In this document: positions 37,001 to 49,005 of the stretch, in pieces
How the letters are laid out: every line of letters starts with the position of its first letter
Position numbering within the stretch: position 1 is the first letter of the stretch
Assembly: GCF_036321535.1 (NCBI RefSeq)
Contig: NC_087449.1
Span: 60,326,001-60,390,000 of the forward strand
From: Camelus dromedarius
Lineage: Eukaryota
Reading direction: 5' to 3'
DNA length: 64,000 nt
Made by a program: the position numbers and the translations under genes
Notes under the pieces: generated by a model
What the model was told of the DNA's origin: nothing
What the model saw: the letters and a program-made list of their open reading frames with translations, nothing else
Databases searched by the model: none

Positions 37001-37589
37001 AAAATTCTTTGATCTCTGGAGTCTCTGTAGGGCAGGGGCAGGGGCACTGGGGACCTGGGACCCCCTTAGCCAAGGGGAGTGGGAGAAGCAGAGGGCCATC
37101 AGAAGGAGAGGTGCCTATCTAAACTGAACTGCCCAGGGGCCCAGGGAGGCCAGAAGGAGACAGCTGTGATGGTCAGCCTCCCTTCTGCCTTCCTCCAGGC
37201 CCCAAACCAGCCACCAGGCCACCTGCCCACAAGATGCCGCATCCTGCCAGCTGTGCCAGGGCAGAGCTACCTTGTGTCTGTATATAGATGGGATTTTTCC
37301 AATACAGCTGGTTGGTGATAAACTGTGTGAGCCGTCTGTTACCTGCTCATGCCCCCAGGTGACGCTGGGCCGAGGGGTAGGGTGGGTCCACCTCCCTGCC
37401 ACCCAGAGGCCTGAGCTCCCAGGGCTGCCTCCACTGCAGACAGGTAACCCAAAATGCAGAGCGTAGATGGGACTTTGGGTCCTAAGGGTTGGATCCCAGC
37501 TTCTTGCCAACCTTCCCCTGTGGCCAGGCACCTCCCCCATCCTTCCCCTCTTTAATCTGTGAATCTATAGCCTTGATGTGTGTATACCA

Positions 37590-37642
37590 AACACACACAG
37601 ACACCCACACATGCAGACACACACACACACACACACACACAC
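37590..37642. repeat. Interrupted (CA)n microsatellite
   Basis: acacacacagacacccacacatgcagacacacacac... Confidence 0.85.
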
Positions 37643-38242
37643 ATCCTTGTCCTTCAAATACTAAGCATTACCAGTAGTTGAAGCAGAATTCAGAACATTC
37701 TAAACTCAGATTTACAATCTTCATTTTCATCAGTGGGGGCACTGAGTCTCTGAGCAGTTGAATGCCCAGCTTAACTACTGATTGTTGCATTTGAACCCAG
37801 GATATTAGAAGTGGCTCTCAAACCGCTCCCCGACCCCTCTGTGCAGTGGGGAGTAGTTCCCCTCATTCTGCCTCCCTTGGCCTGTGCATCTTGCCAACGC
37901 ATCTTCCTGCCAGAGAACGCCCACATCAGAGGGTGGAAGCCTCCACCCCAGCTCCCTCCTACTTCCCAGGCCAGGGCAAGGGCCTCCAGTCAGCCTTCAT
38001 TCTGGGAAGCCCCAGCTGCCCCCATGACTCTGGCTCAGTGTCATACAGAAGCAGGGGTGAGGGGGAAAGGTGGTTCACAGTTAGTCAGGGCCCCTGGGGC
38101 AAGTGGCAGGGCCAGCTTTGGCCCCTGGCACATCTTGGGTCAGTGTTCTGCAAGGTGGCCTCTCACCTATGCCATTCTGTGGCCCTTAGGGGATGACTGG
38201 TGGGGGGCATGGGATAGTCCTGGCATTGTACACTGCACACAC

Positions 38243-38248
38243 AATAAA
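38243..38248 (+). terminator. HSPB7 distal poly(A) signal candidate (AATAAA)
   Basis: Canonical hexamer about 1.6 kb after the stop, consistent with a long 3'UTR. Confidence 0.55.
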
Positions 38249-39424
38249 CAACAGAATCACGGACTTCTGGAGACCACCTGCCTGAAGTTCTCAGACTCGG
38301 GGTGAGGCTGGAGGCAGCAGGAGTGGGAAGACCCAGGGTAAACATACACACCTTTCTTGAGATTTGGGGGCAGAGGTGGTAGCTAAAGACCTCACAGAAA
38401 TGTGGGTGTCCACTGGTCACCTGCCTTGGCTCCCAGACCCAGTTGGGCAGTAATCCGGGAACTATGTCCATGAAAAACTTTGCATCACCTTCTCTTCCAA
38501 CCGCCAGCCCCCGCTACTGCCTACCAGGCATTGTCCCAGGCACAGGGACACCAAAAGATGGGCCAGCTGCACTGGGTTGCCTGCCCTCTTGAAGCCTATC
38601 TTGTACCAGATGAGTTCTGAGGACCAGAGAGGCTGAGTGACTCTCCTAGGATCACACAGTCCCAGGGGCAAAGCCTGGCTGGAATCTGGCTGGGCAGCTG
38701 ACTAGTTCAGGGAGTGCTCTTGGAGGTACCTACACACACACCCCAAACACACCATCAGGTGCTACTGAAATCAGAGTGCCAGGCGCTCCCCAGTGTAGCC
38801 GCACACCAAAGGAGGCAAGGGCTTGAGGGGGCTCGTTATTTCCAGCCTCTGTGACTCACTGATTCCACTGGGCTATTTGCAGCCCGACACTCATCTGCGT
38901 GGAGTTGGGGGGAGGAGCAGGACCAGCTTTCCCTGCTCCTTCGACCCCTACTTGGGGTCAGGCTCACCTTGGCATCCCAACCCCAGCAGCGTCCCTCGCT
39001 GAGCCGCTGAGCCGCTGAGCCGGGGAAGCTGGGCCGCGGGCGGCCCTGGCTGGGAAAGAGGGCGGCTCCCCAAGTGGCCAGTGGGGCCGAATACTCCCCA
39101 CCCGGCAGACTCCAACAGCCCCCTCTCCAGGGCTCGGTTTTAGGAGATGAGGGCTGCGCAGCAGACAGAACCAGGGGTGGGGGGGCCGGGTTGGGAGTGG
39201 GCGCGTCTAGACTGAAGGAGCCCTCCTGTCAAGGTGACCCTGCGAAAGAGGGGGGGCGGGGAGGTGGGACCTGCAGGCTGTCTTTCATTGGCTCCACCCA
39301 CTGGCTCCCCGGCTGGCTGCCGCCGCTGCACTTTGTCTCCACGCACCCCCTACCCTTTCCAGGCTAAATATAGGCCTGGCGGCTGGCCCTGCGCCCCGCC
39401 CCCACCCCGGGAAGAATAATTATA

Positions 39425-39600
39425 GCAGCCCCATTCATTGAGCACCTAGCGTGTGCCAAACACACTGCTCATCCCCACAACAGTCCCACAAGGTGGGTAG
39501 CAAGGACAATAGGAGGTTCAGAGAGGTCAAGCAACTGGCCCAAGGTCACCCAGCTTGGAAGTGACATGGCTAGAATTTGAATCCTTATGTATGGCTCTAA
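39425..39600 (-). mobile_element. MIR SINE
   Basis: cattcattgagcacctagcgtgtgcc...cagagaggtcaagcaactggcccaaggtcacccagct...agaatttgaatcc. Confidence 0.65.
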
Positions 39601-39933
39601 AAGTCCTCTAAATCCAAAGGGCAGAGGCACCTCCCCTGTCCCCATCTTGTACAAGAAAGGGGAGTTCCTACCTCCTTTGCTTTCGAGGTGGGCATGGACA
39701 GGAGGCAGGGAAGATTGAAAAGACGCAGCCTTCCAAGGTTAGAGACCCATGAGAAGGTCCAGCTCAGGTGGTGCCAGAGGGGTGTGGAGGACCTAGGAGG
39801 TTCCATCACTTTAAAAATCCTAGCCCAGGCCAGAAACTTCCTCCTCCAGAAAGTCCTCCAGAGCTACCAGCTCAGAGTCACAGAGCCCAAGAACCCTAGG
39901 CCCAAAACTTATCTTTAAAAGAAATTCAAACTA

Positions 39934-40036
39934 GGGGGTAGGCATAGTTCAGTGGTAGAGAATATGCGTAGCATGTATGAGTTCCTGGGTTCAATCCCCA
40001 GTCCCTCCATTTAAAAAAAAGAAAAGAAAAGAAAAG
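39934..40036 (+). mobile_element. tRNA-derived SINE (camelid vic-1 type)
   Basis: ggggtaggcatagttcagtggtagag...gggttcaatcccc A/B boxes, A-rich tail, TSD aagaaa(t/c)tcaaact at 39919-39932 and 40037-40050. Confidence 0.85.
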
Positions 40037-40489
40037 AAGAAACTCAAACTCAGACAAAAGGAGCACATGTGTGAGGGCTGAGGGAAGACCCTGAGGCTTG
40101 ATTGGCCAGCCCTGTCTCCTCTGGGAGTCACACCAAAATCCTTAAGGTTTGATGGGGAGACCTCGGCCCAGGGAGGGTTAGGGCCTTGCCCAGGGTCACA
40201 CAGGCAGTGGTAGAGATGAGATGGAGACCCAGGCTTCCAGAACTTCAGACCAGAGCTTCTGTACCAGATGAACCCCCTTCCCATCACCATGTCCACCCTT
40301 CCCTGACCCACCTCCCACATTGTACCCCTCCCTCTCCTGCCTCCATCCACTTCCATCTGCCTTGGACCCTGGTTCTGCAGTGCAGAAGATGCGTTATTCT
40401 GTCCCCTTGCTCCCAAGCCCGGCATGGGAAAGGAGCTAAGCAAATGTTTGTAGAATTTTTTTAAAAGCTAACAATCCTCAGTAAAGAGT

Positions 40490-40670
40490 GGAGGGTCAAT
40501 TGTGGACTCTGGAGCCACACCACCTGGGTTCAAATCTTGACTCTGCCGCTTTTGAGCTGTGTAATCTTGAGTAAGTAACTTAATCTCTCTGTGCCTCAGT
40601 TGCCCTATCTGTAAAATGGTGCTAATAGGATCCACCTGCTACGGTTGTTTTGAATGCCCTTAAAGGGCTT
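40490..40670 (+). mobile_element. MIR SINE
   Basis: ggactctggagccacaccacctgggttcaaatcttgactctgcc...tctctgtgcctcagttgcc..tctgtaaaatgg. Confidence 0.7.
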
Positions 40671-42059
40671 GGCACATGGTTGTTGACTGTAGCTCACATA
40701 TGCCATGCATTAGAAACACTCAGAAGGGCTCCTTTAGAGCCCTGTTATTTAATTTAGATTTGGAGCCTGACATCCCACCTCACTCACACTGTCCCTGGCT
40801 CCACTGAGACCAGGACTTGGGCTGGGAGGGCAGAGAAGTTGCCCTGTACCTGGGGTCTTCTCTCCAGGAAAAGCAGGTGAAGGCACGGCTAAAAGGTAGG
40901 TTCTTTCTTGGAAGAACTCTCTGGGCCCCGGGAGTGGAGGTGGAGGAAAGAAGCCCCTGGAAGCCTTAGTTTCCTCATGTGTAAATAAAGATCAGCTACC
41001 ACCCTCCCAGGGCTGCTGTGAGGAACTGAAGAGAGATGGTATTTTAGTAGAAGTTCAATAAATGCTAAGCTGTTAAAAGCACGGTGCTTGTTTTCTGAAC
41101 AAGGAAAACCAAGCTTCCACTACCCTACCCTTCCCCCACCCCGACCCTCCCCCCACCAAACAAGAGTGGGTCCTGAGGGTCATGGTGACTTGAGTCCACT
41201 GGGTTGATGCCCGAGGCAGGAGTTCCTGGGCAAGGGAGGGGGTGCTGTTTACAGTCAGCACAGCTGGCCTGGGGCTCACTGTGAGCAGCCAGCCAGGCCA
41301 GTCCTGAGCTCTGAGGCCCTCCAGGGCTGGACCCAGGGGCACCCTTCCATGGAGGTGGTTGAACAGCCCCTCACAGGACTGTGGTGAAAAGACTGAACTG
41401 TTCTCCTCCACCTGTGTGCCCCTTCTCAGTGAGGGCCTCACTCACTTGTTCGATTCCCAAATACTCCCTGCACACTGCCAAGCCCTAGGCTGGGTCCTTG
41501 GAGAATGCTCATTCTTTTTTCACTCATTCAACAAATATGAACAGAACACCTACAGCATAATATGGGGTGATGATGCTATGTCACACTCCCTGGGGTTTGG
41601 ATTTGGGCTCTGCCTCTTTCTAATTGGTGGTCTTGGGCAAGTCATTTCATTCCCCTGTGCCTCAGTTTCTTCATCTGTAAAATGGCAACAAAATTTGTAC
41701 CCACATCACAGGTCTGGTGAGAGAGGAGCTGAGGTACTGTGTGGTGCATATAAAGATATCAATAGCCATTATTCTGGATGAGAGGAATGTTGGTTAGAGT
41801 GAAAGGTTGGTTTCTGAAAACTTGATCCCCCTGGGCGGCTGGCCCCATAGCGTTGGCCCCTCACCCGCAGATTCCACCCTCTCCACTCAGACCAGGAGGT
41901 GATGCCCTCCAGTCTGATGATAGGGTGCCACCTGCTGGCGAAAAGTGAGACCTGCAGCCACAGGCCTCACCCTTTTCCTTATGGGTCTCAAACTCCCTTT
42001 GCAGACATGTCTTTGGGCTCTTCTAGTCCAGTGATTCTCAGCGAGGGAAGGAGAGAGGA

Positions 42060-42339
42060 GGGGGTGTATATGACCCAGATTATTCTGTCACCACCTCTCT
42101 AGTTTGGACCATCACCTCCCTTTTGGCTGGATTAAGGTGCAGTCTTCTCAGCTTCCTCCCCTGCTTTCCTATCCCAGCATAAGAGCTAAGAGGAATTTTT
42201 TTTTAAGGTAGATCTGGTCATGTCACTCTCTGCTCACAATTTCCAACAGTCCCCGTCTCAGAATCAAATGCAAAGATATCATCGTGGCCTGCAAAGCCTC
42301 ATGTGATATGGTCCCTGTCACTTCTCTGGCTTCTCTGCT

Positions 42340-42390
<51 letters not shown>

Positions 42391-42830
42391 CACACACATT
42401 GTCTCCCCCAGCTGGAGGATAAGCTCCTTTATGACCAGACCTTGTCCATCTTATCACTGCACCATCCCAAGGTCTAGCCCAGAGCTTAGCACACAGTGAG
42501 TGTCTAGAAATAGTGAATGAATGAATACTCCAGCCAGACTGAATGACTTTGGCCTTTCTTCCTGAAACATGCCCCACCCCTGCCCCCTTGCCTTTGTATG
42601 ACTCACTCACTGGTCAGATCTTAGTTTGGAAATCACTTCCTGCAGGAAGCCCTCCCTGATCTCCTCTCCAGAGTGAGCTGGGGACCCTCTCCAGCCCCAT
42701 CATCATTCTGTGTGCCCTTACTGTTGCACTTATTTGAAGCTACAGCTACAGGCACTTTCTTCCTTGCCTCCCCAACCAGGCAGTGAGCTTCTTGAGGACA
42801 GGGTTATGTCTGCTCTCTCTAGATCCCCTT
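42060..42830 (+). mobile_element. L2 LINE remnants (with embedded TG microsatellite)
   Basis: gatctggtcatgtcactctctgctc...agcacacagtgagtgtctagaaatagtgaatgaatgaa; a second 3' piece follows. Confidence 0.55.
42341..42388. repeat. (TG)n microsatellite
   Basis: Uninterrupted TG run of about 23 units. Confidence 0.95.
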
Positions 42831-43782
42831 GGTCTAGAAGAGACCCTGCCAGGATGTGAGGCTGTCTGCTCTACAGTGAGGAGCAAGAACTTGAGCACCA
42901 GGCTGGCCTAGGTTCTAATCCCAACTGGCCCAGTCTGTGGGACCTTGAGGGCATTCCTCAATCTGTCTGTCTCGGCTCCCTAACCAGTGAGAGGGATACA
43001 AAAATAGTGCTTCCCTATACTGGCACTTGGAGACTGTTAGCTCCTGGCACAGAGCAAATGGTCCATCTATGTTAGCCACTAGTGTTTGTAGGAAAGTAGT
43101 AAAATAGTCATTGAATAAATGAACATTTAGCAATTTTAACCTAAGAGCCTTGAGACACTCTCCAGCTGAGTTCCACACAGCTCTGTGCATCTCTCAGACC
43201 TACACCTACCCTCACAGCAACCCCCGCTTCCTTTTGGGGACCATGACCGCCTGGTGGGGCAGAGACTAAGCCCCCAACTGTTTTCTGTATCCCTAAGAGG
43301 CAGGATGGGCCTGGTATGCAGAAGATGCTCAATAAATAATGTCTCTTGTTTCCATTTGTTCAAACATGATACTCCATTCCCTTTCTGTGCACTTCCGCCC
43401 CATCTTGACAAGCCATTTCTGCTTATTTCCCATCCCACCTGGGCCCTTGAACTTCCCATCCTGTGTGCCGTACCCACCTGGTGATCCCTGGTGACCTACA
43501 CACTTGCATGCGTGCCAAGATGACAACAGCCAATGTGCAGCACCTGCCCGTTGTGCTGGGGATGGGTCCTGACTCCTGCTCTGGGATGGGATGCCAACCC
43601 GGTGGCTTGAGCGAAGATGGTTCTCAGTGCTGGCTCCTTCTCATCTTTTAGATCATATTTTGTTACCCACTCAGAGGCCTTTCCCAACCACTGTGTCAGA
43701 AAAGCTCTCTACCTCCTCATTTTCCACCCCAGCACCTGGTCTCAGTTCCTACACAGCACTCGTTACACTGTTCAAAACCATC

Positions 43783-43788
43783 TTTATT
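43783..43788 (-). terminator. Candidate SRARP poly(A) signal (AATAAA on minus)
   Basis: tttatt on + about 385 nt downstream of the SRARP stop; lies in an L2-like remnant. Confidence 0.4.
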
Positions 43789-44169
43789 CAGTTGTTTAAC
43801 CTTTCTCCCCCACCTCCAAGAATACTAGCTCCAAGAAAGCTATATCTTCTCTAGGCTTTGAAGGGCCCGGCACGTGGAACATGCTGCATTAGAATTTGCT
43901 GTGGGAATGAGTTAGTCTCTTTCCATGTGGCGGTGCCTTACCCTGCTTCCAATGAAAGGCTAACAAAGACAGAAAGGAAGGAGTACATAGGATACTCTTG
44001 AGTGCGTCCCGTTTCAGATGGCCTTTAGGGATCTGATGTCCCTTCCTTGGCTCAAGCACAAAAGACTTCTGCTTGGCTGGGGAAGAGGGAGTGGACCCTG
44101 GAAATTGCATCCACTGTGCCCCGGAGCCTGGGGTGCCAGCCCCTTCCTCTCACAGCCAGCCCCTTCCGG

Positions 44170-45808
44170 TTAATCAGTCTGCGCGCAGACACAGGAAGAG
44201 AGGGCTTTAAGTGAGCCTATGACTCTTCCCCAAGCTGAAGACCTCTTCACAGGGCTCCCCTTGGCTTCAGGAACCTCCGGGAGGGAGGGTGGGCTGGCTG
44301 GGGAGGCAGCTGGGGCTACAGTTTCTCTGCAGGGTGGCAGGGTGCCCGTGGCCTGGGCAAGGCCCCCATCACTTGTGGGTGCCTCCTGAGTCAGATGAGG
44401 CTGGTTTCCCCCACAGAACAAGATGTAGGTCTTCATTGGAGGGATGACAGATCCTAGGTTGGGACTCAGAGCTCGGAGTGGTGCTGGGGGCGCTGCCAGG
44501 GACAGCTGTTTCCCATGAGCACAGTCGATAACGAAAGTTAGGTGAGCTTTGGGGATGGTCTTCTGATGGCGAGCTGGCTTTCCATCTAGAGGGAAGGGAA
44601 AAATCAAAAGTTTGTGTTAGCACAGCAAAGGATGTGGTTTCATGAAGTCATTTGTTCATTCACTCAACAAAGATTTAACTGCGCATTGGTGGACACACAG
44701 TGACGGGAAGACAGTGGGGCCTAAGTGCAGGCATCTTTCAGCATTGGGGAGACCTGCGATTAAACCTAGCTTCCCCCTGTATCAGCCCTCCGCCTTCCAG
44801 GAGCACAGAGCCCACTGCATCAGAGCCTGTCAACTCCACTGGACACACCAACTGCCTGGGCGTCTTGTTACCAGGCAGATTCTCATACAGTGGGTCTGGG
44901 GCAGGGCCTGAGGGTCTGCATTCTAACAAGCTCCCAGGGATGTCAGTGCTGAAGGTCCACGGACTGTGCTGAGTGAGTAGTGAGAGAAAAGTCTCGGCCA
45001 CATTTTACAGATGAGGAAACTGAGGCTCTGCTAATGCAAATGTTGATGGTTCTCAGGGAGCACTGAGCTGTTCTCCCCCTTCCTGAATAATCTTATCTAC
45101 TGATCCCGGCCGCTCTGGGGATCCCGGCTCTGTCCTCTCCACCAAACAGGGAGAAGACGCCATGAACCAAACCAATCAATCAATTTCTCAATCAAGCAAG
45201 TGCCAGAGCAGGTCTCTGTGAATCCAAAGCCTGTGCTCTTAGAAAAGTAACGTTTCAAGTTACCCAAATAATAAACAAATCCATTCTCTTAATTATGTGC
45301 TCCTCGCCTCGACACAGTCTCAGAAGGAAGCTTACGTTCTGGTAGGTTGGTTAACACAGGAAATATGGTTGACCCTTGAACAACACAGGTTTGAACTGGA
45401 GGTCCACTTGTACTCGGATTTTTTTGATAAATACCAATTACCACACAACCCCAATGGGTTGAATCGGTGGATGTGGAAACTTGGATGTGGAGGGACGACA
45501 GTATACGGTAGTTAAATGCAGATTTTTGACTGTACGCAGGGTCAGTGCCCCCAACCCTTGCCATGTTCAAGGGTCAACTGTAGATAAAGCCCACCCATGG
45601 CTTAAGAATCCTGGCAGCCCCAGACGGAGGGTATCTGCCCTCTGCCTCCAGCCTCCCGACGGCCTCCCCAGTGCCCTCAGCTGCAGGGCTGAGGCCCTCT
45701 CTGCCACCTCTTACCTGAGCTGGTCTCCAGGTCTGTCTCAAGGCCCTTGACTTTGGAGCTGACTCTCTGGTCCTGGGGGTCTTCTGAGGGGGCTGTTACT
45801 GTTGCCAT
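44170..45808 (-). CDS. SRARP: Steroid receptor-associated and regulated protein (C1orf64), 169 aa; exons (minus) 45808-45715 and 44585-44170
   Basis: Exon 1 MATVTAPSEDPQDQRVSSKVKGLETDLETSS|gtaag; exon 2 tag|(D)GKPARHQKTIPKAHLTFVIDCAHGKQLSLAA...PPMKTYILFCG...SLKALSSCVCAQTD*. 94+416=510 nt; motifs match recalled human SRARP; synteny fits. Confidence 0.92.
44835..44985. mobile_element. MER5A-like hAT-Charlie DNA transposon remnant (SRARP intron)
   Basis: cagattctc...gggtctggggcagggcctgagggtctgcattctaacaagctcccagggatg resembles recalled MER5A. Confidence 0.65.
45366..45580. mobile_element. Tigger4/MER46-like Tc1/mariner MITE (SRARP intron)
   Basis: Terminal inverted repeats (tg)gttgacccttgaac ... 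gttcaagggtcaactg, both flanked by TA. Confidence 0.8.
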
Positions 45809-46211
45809 AGCGCCTCGCTTAGCACTAGCAGAAGGAGCAGTTTTCGGCAGCCTCTTCCAGGATGCAGCTCCCCACCCAAGGACCAGACCTTTTATGTTTA
45901 CTGGATCCGGATCTGCTGAGTGAATTCCACCAGGAGCCACAGGAACTGGCCTGGGGCAGTTGAGGGATTGTTTTGATCCACTGGGGTTATGTCAACAGGA
46001 TTGCTGTCGGGTCCCTGGGAGGCGGGCCTTCTACCAAACAGACACGATTTCTTCCAACTCCAGCTGCTTCCTCGCTTAGGACAAGCCTTGGAACCTTCTC
46101 ACCCAGGCCTCGGTTTCCCAAAACTCAGTCATTGGCTGCCTCCCCAGTTTTCAGTTGTTTTGTTTTGCTTTTTCCTGCCTAAGAACTACGTGGAACACTA
46201 CCTACTTAATA

Positions 46212-46550
46212 TGTCTCAGTCTGTTTAAGCAGCGATAGACTGGGGAATTAAGCCACAAACACTTGTTTCTCACGCTTCTGGATGCTGGAAGTCCAAGGTC
46301 CAGGTGCCTGCAGAGTCCAGTGTTTGGTGAGGCTCTGCTCGTTGGATCATGGATGGCTGCCTTCACTGTGTCTTCACCTGGCAGAAAGCACAAGAAAGCT
46401 CTCTGGGGTCTCTTTTTATAAGGGTGCTAATCCCATCTCGAGGGCTCCACCCTCATGACTTTAGCTCTCAGAAGCCCCACCTCCTAATCGCATCACACTG
46501 GGGATTAGGTCTCAAAATACCAATTGGGAAGACGCATCCCGTCTACAGCA
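46212..46550. mobile_element. MLT1-type (ERVL-MaLR) solo LTR
   Basis: tgtctcagtc...tttctcacgcttctggatgctggaagtccaag...tcttttataagggtgctaatcccat...catcacactggggattagg is typical MaLR LTR text. Confidence 0.7.
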
Positions 46551-46573
46551 TCTTGCAAGTCAATCAACTGTTT

Positions 46574-46710
46574 ATTTTTATTTTTATTTATTTACTTAAA
46601 AAATTTAATACATTTTTAATTACTTTTTTTTAATGGAAGGACTGGGGATTGAATCCAGGACCTCATGCATACCAAGTATGTGCCCTACCACTGAGTTATA
46701 CCCACCCTCC
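46574..46710 (-). mobile_element. tRNA-derived SINE (vic-1 type)
   Basis: Reverse-strand A/B boxes; TSD tcaat(c/g)aactgttt at 46560-46573 and 46711-46724. Confidence 0.85.
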
Positions 46711-46746
46711 TCAATGAACTGTTTTTAACTGAAAAAGAAAAATATT

Positions 46747-47220
46747 TGTTGATTGACAAAAATGCACAAAATAAAAATTGTTTTACTTAGTGGGTTTACT
46801 GAGGCCTTAAGCCCAGGAGATAGTCTCTCAGATAGCTAGCTCTGAGGGACTGTTCTGAAGAGGTAGGGAGGAGCCAGGACATACTGGAGTTTTTGCCAGA
46901 AAAACAAAAACAAAAACAAAAACAAAAATAAAATCAAACAAACCAAAAAACCCCAAACAGATAGAACATCAAAAGATGACTGTTAAAGAAAACAAGACAT
47001 CTCAAGTTGATACATTTGGCGCTTTTTTATGTATGGGAAGATGCAAGGGTCTGGGCTTATTGAAATTATTCCTTTGGTGTGCAACTTAACTCTCTAGGGC
47101 CAGTATCCTGTTTTTCTCCATCCTGAATCCCCTCAGGGTGTATGTACCATTGGAGGTGGCTACGGGAGCTGATGGCTTGATGGCAGCCACATCCTTTGTT
47201 TACTGATATGGAGGCCCACA
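46747..47220. mobile_element. ERV1-type solo LTR (cetartiodactyl family)
   Basis: tgttgattga...aagaggtagggaggagccagg...tgtatgggaagatgcaagggtctgggc...catcctttgtttactgatatgg; family name not determinable here. Confidence 0.55.
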
Positions 47221-47294
47221 TACCTTCAGAGGAAAATTGGTATTGCTTCATTAAATGGAAACAGTATAACTACTGTAAGTAAGAAGTAACTATG

Positions 47295-48920
47295 TATGGT
47301 AGAAGAATAATGGTACTCCAAAAATGTCCATGACCTAATCCCCAGACCCTGTGAAAATGCTACCTTTGCAGGTGTGATTAAGGATATTCTGATTCTGACA
47401 CCAACTTTGATGTGGCCTTTTTTCCCCCACAGTACCGAACTAGCTCAGTTCTGCACTACCCAGTGATAGCTTCGGCTCTCACAGGTTAAGGGCTCAGTCC
47501 TACAAAACTACCCCTGCCACAGACACCAGTCACAAGTCCTTGTTGTCACCTGTGCTTCTGGCCTATAGATGGGAGGTTCCTAGAGCCTCCTCCTTGGGTT
47601 TGATCAGTTTGCCAGAGCAGCTCATGGAACTCAGAGAAACATGTTACTTACTAGATGACCAGTTTATTTCGAAAGAATATAACTCAGGAACAGCCAGATG
47701 GAAGAGTTGCATAGGGCGAGGTATGTGGGATGGGCAAGGAGGTTCCATGCGCTCTGAGAGGACCACTCTTCCCCAGTCTCCACGTGTTCACCAATCCGGA
47801 AGCTCTCTGAACCTTGTTCTTTTGGGTTTTAATGGAGGCTTAATTACATAGGCACGGTTGATTAAATCACTGGCCATATGTGATTGAACTCTATCTCCAG
47901 CCCCTCTTGCTACCCCGGAGGTCAGTCGGTGGGTGGGACTAACAGTTTCAATCTTCCAATCACATGATTGGTTCCCCGGCCCGCATCCTTAGGAAACCCA
48001 GGTAGGCTTTCCAAAAGTCACCTCATTAACGTGACAAAGGACACTTTTTCTCACTCTCCTCCCTTGGGAAATTCCAAGGGTGTTAGGAGATCTGTGCCAG
48101 GAACTGGAAGATTAATATATATCACAATATCAGAGACATGGACTTTGAGATGGGGATATTATCCTGGATTACCTGAGTGAATATGATTTAATCACACTAG
48201 TTCTTGAAATTGGAGAACACTTTTTGGCTGGTTTAGAAAGAGATGGGACAATCAGGGGGACAAGGCCAGGGACCTATGAAGAGGGAGATTCCATCTGCCA
48301 CTGCTGGTGTTAAAAAGAGAAACTAGGGCATAGTAAATATTTTCAGAGTTTAGGTGAATAAAAATCGATTTGAATCAAGTAGCGTCCAATCTAGAAGAGA
48401 GAAACTCTGAGGAGCTGAACAAGATGAAAGATTTATAGGCAGAAAGGAGGAGGAATAGGAAGTAATACTAGGCAAAGAAGCAGGTTATATAGCCAGGTTA
48501 CTTTCCTTCTGGGGAAAATTGGGATCTATCAGGCAGATTACCTAACTGGTGCCAGTAAGGCGAGCCCTGATTGACTGCTTTAAAATTCTATTTCTGGGAC
48601 AGCTGAAACCACAATTAATTCAAGTCTCTGTTTGGTGATGTGGGGCTTAGCATAAGCAGCTCCATTTTGGGCTTGTCTTATTTTAAACACTGGCTTTGGA
48701 GATGGTGGAAGGGGACCATGATCCAAGGGATGTATGCAGCCTCTATAACCCGGCAAAAGTAAGGAAAGGGGTTTTTCCCCTGGAGCCTCTATAAAGGAAT
48801 CTTCCTGCCACCATCTTGATTTTAGCCTATGTTGGACTTCTGACCGACTGATAATAAATTTGTGTTGCTTTAAGCTGCTAGACTGGTAATTTGTTACAGC
48901 AACGAGAGAAAACTGATACA
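47295..48920 (+). mobile_element. MLT1D-like LTR split in three by two younger LTR insertions (MER21-like ~47385-48140; ERV1-type 48308-48689)
   Basis: MLT1 pieces at ~47295-47384, ~48141-48307 and 48690-48920 join into one continuous element; the 48308-48689 insert has TG...CA ends, tgttaaaa/ttttaaaca termini and a 4-bp TSD ctgg. Confidence 0.7.
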
Positions 48921-49005
48921 CTCTGCAAATATCAAAAAAGAAATCAAACAAAATTAAATTCAAGCTAAATCTTGTTGCCTGTGTTAGATGATCTAAAAAG
49001 TGAGT

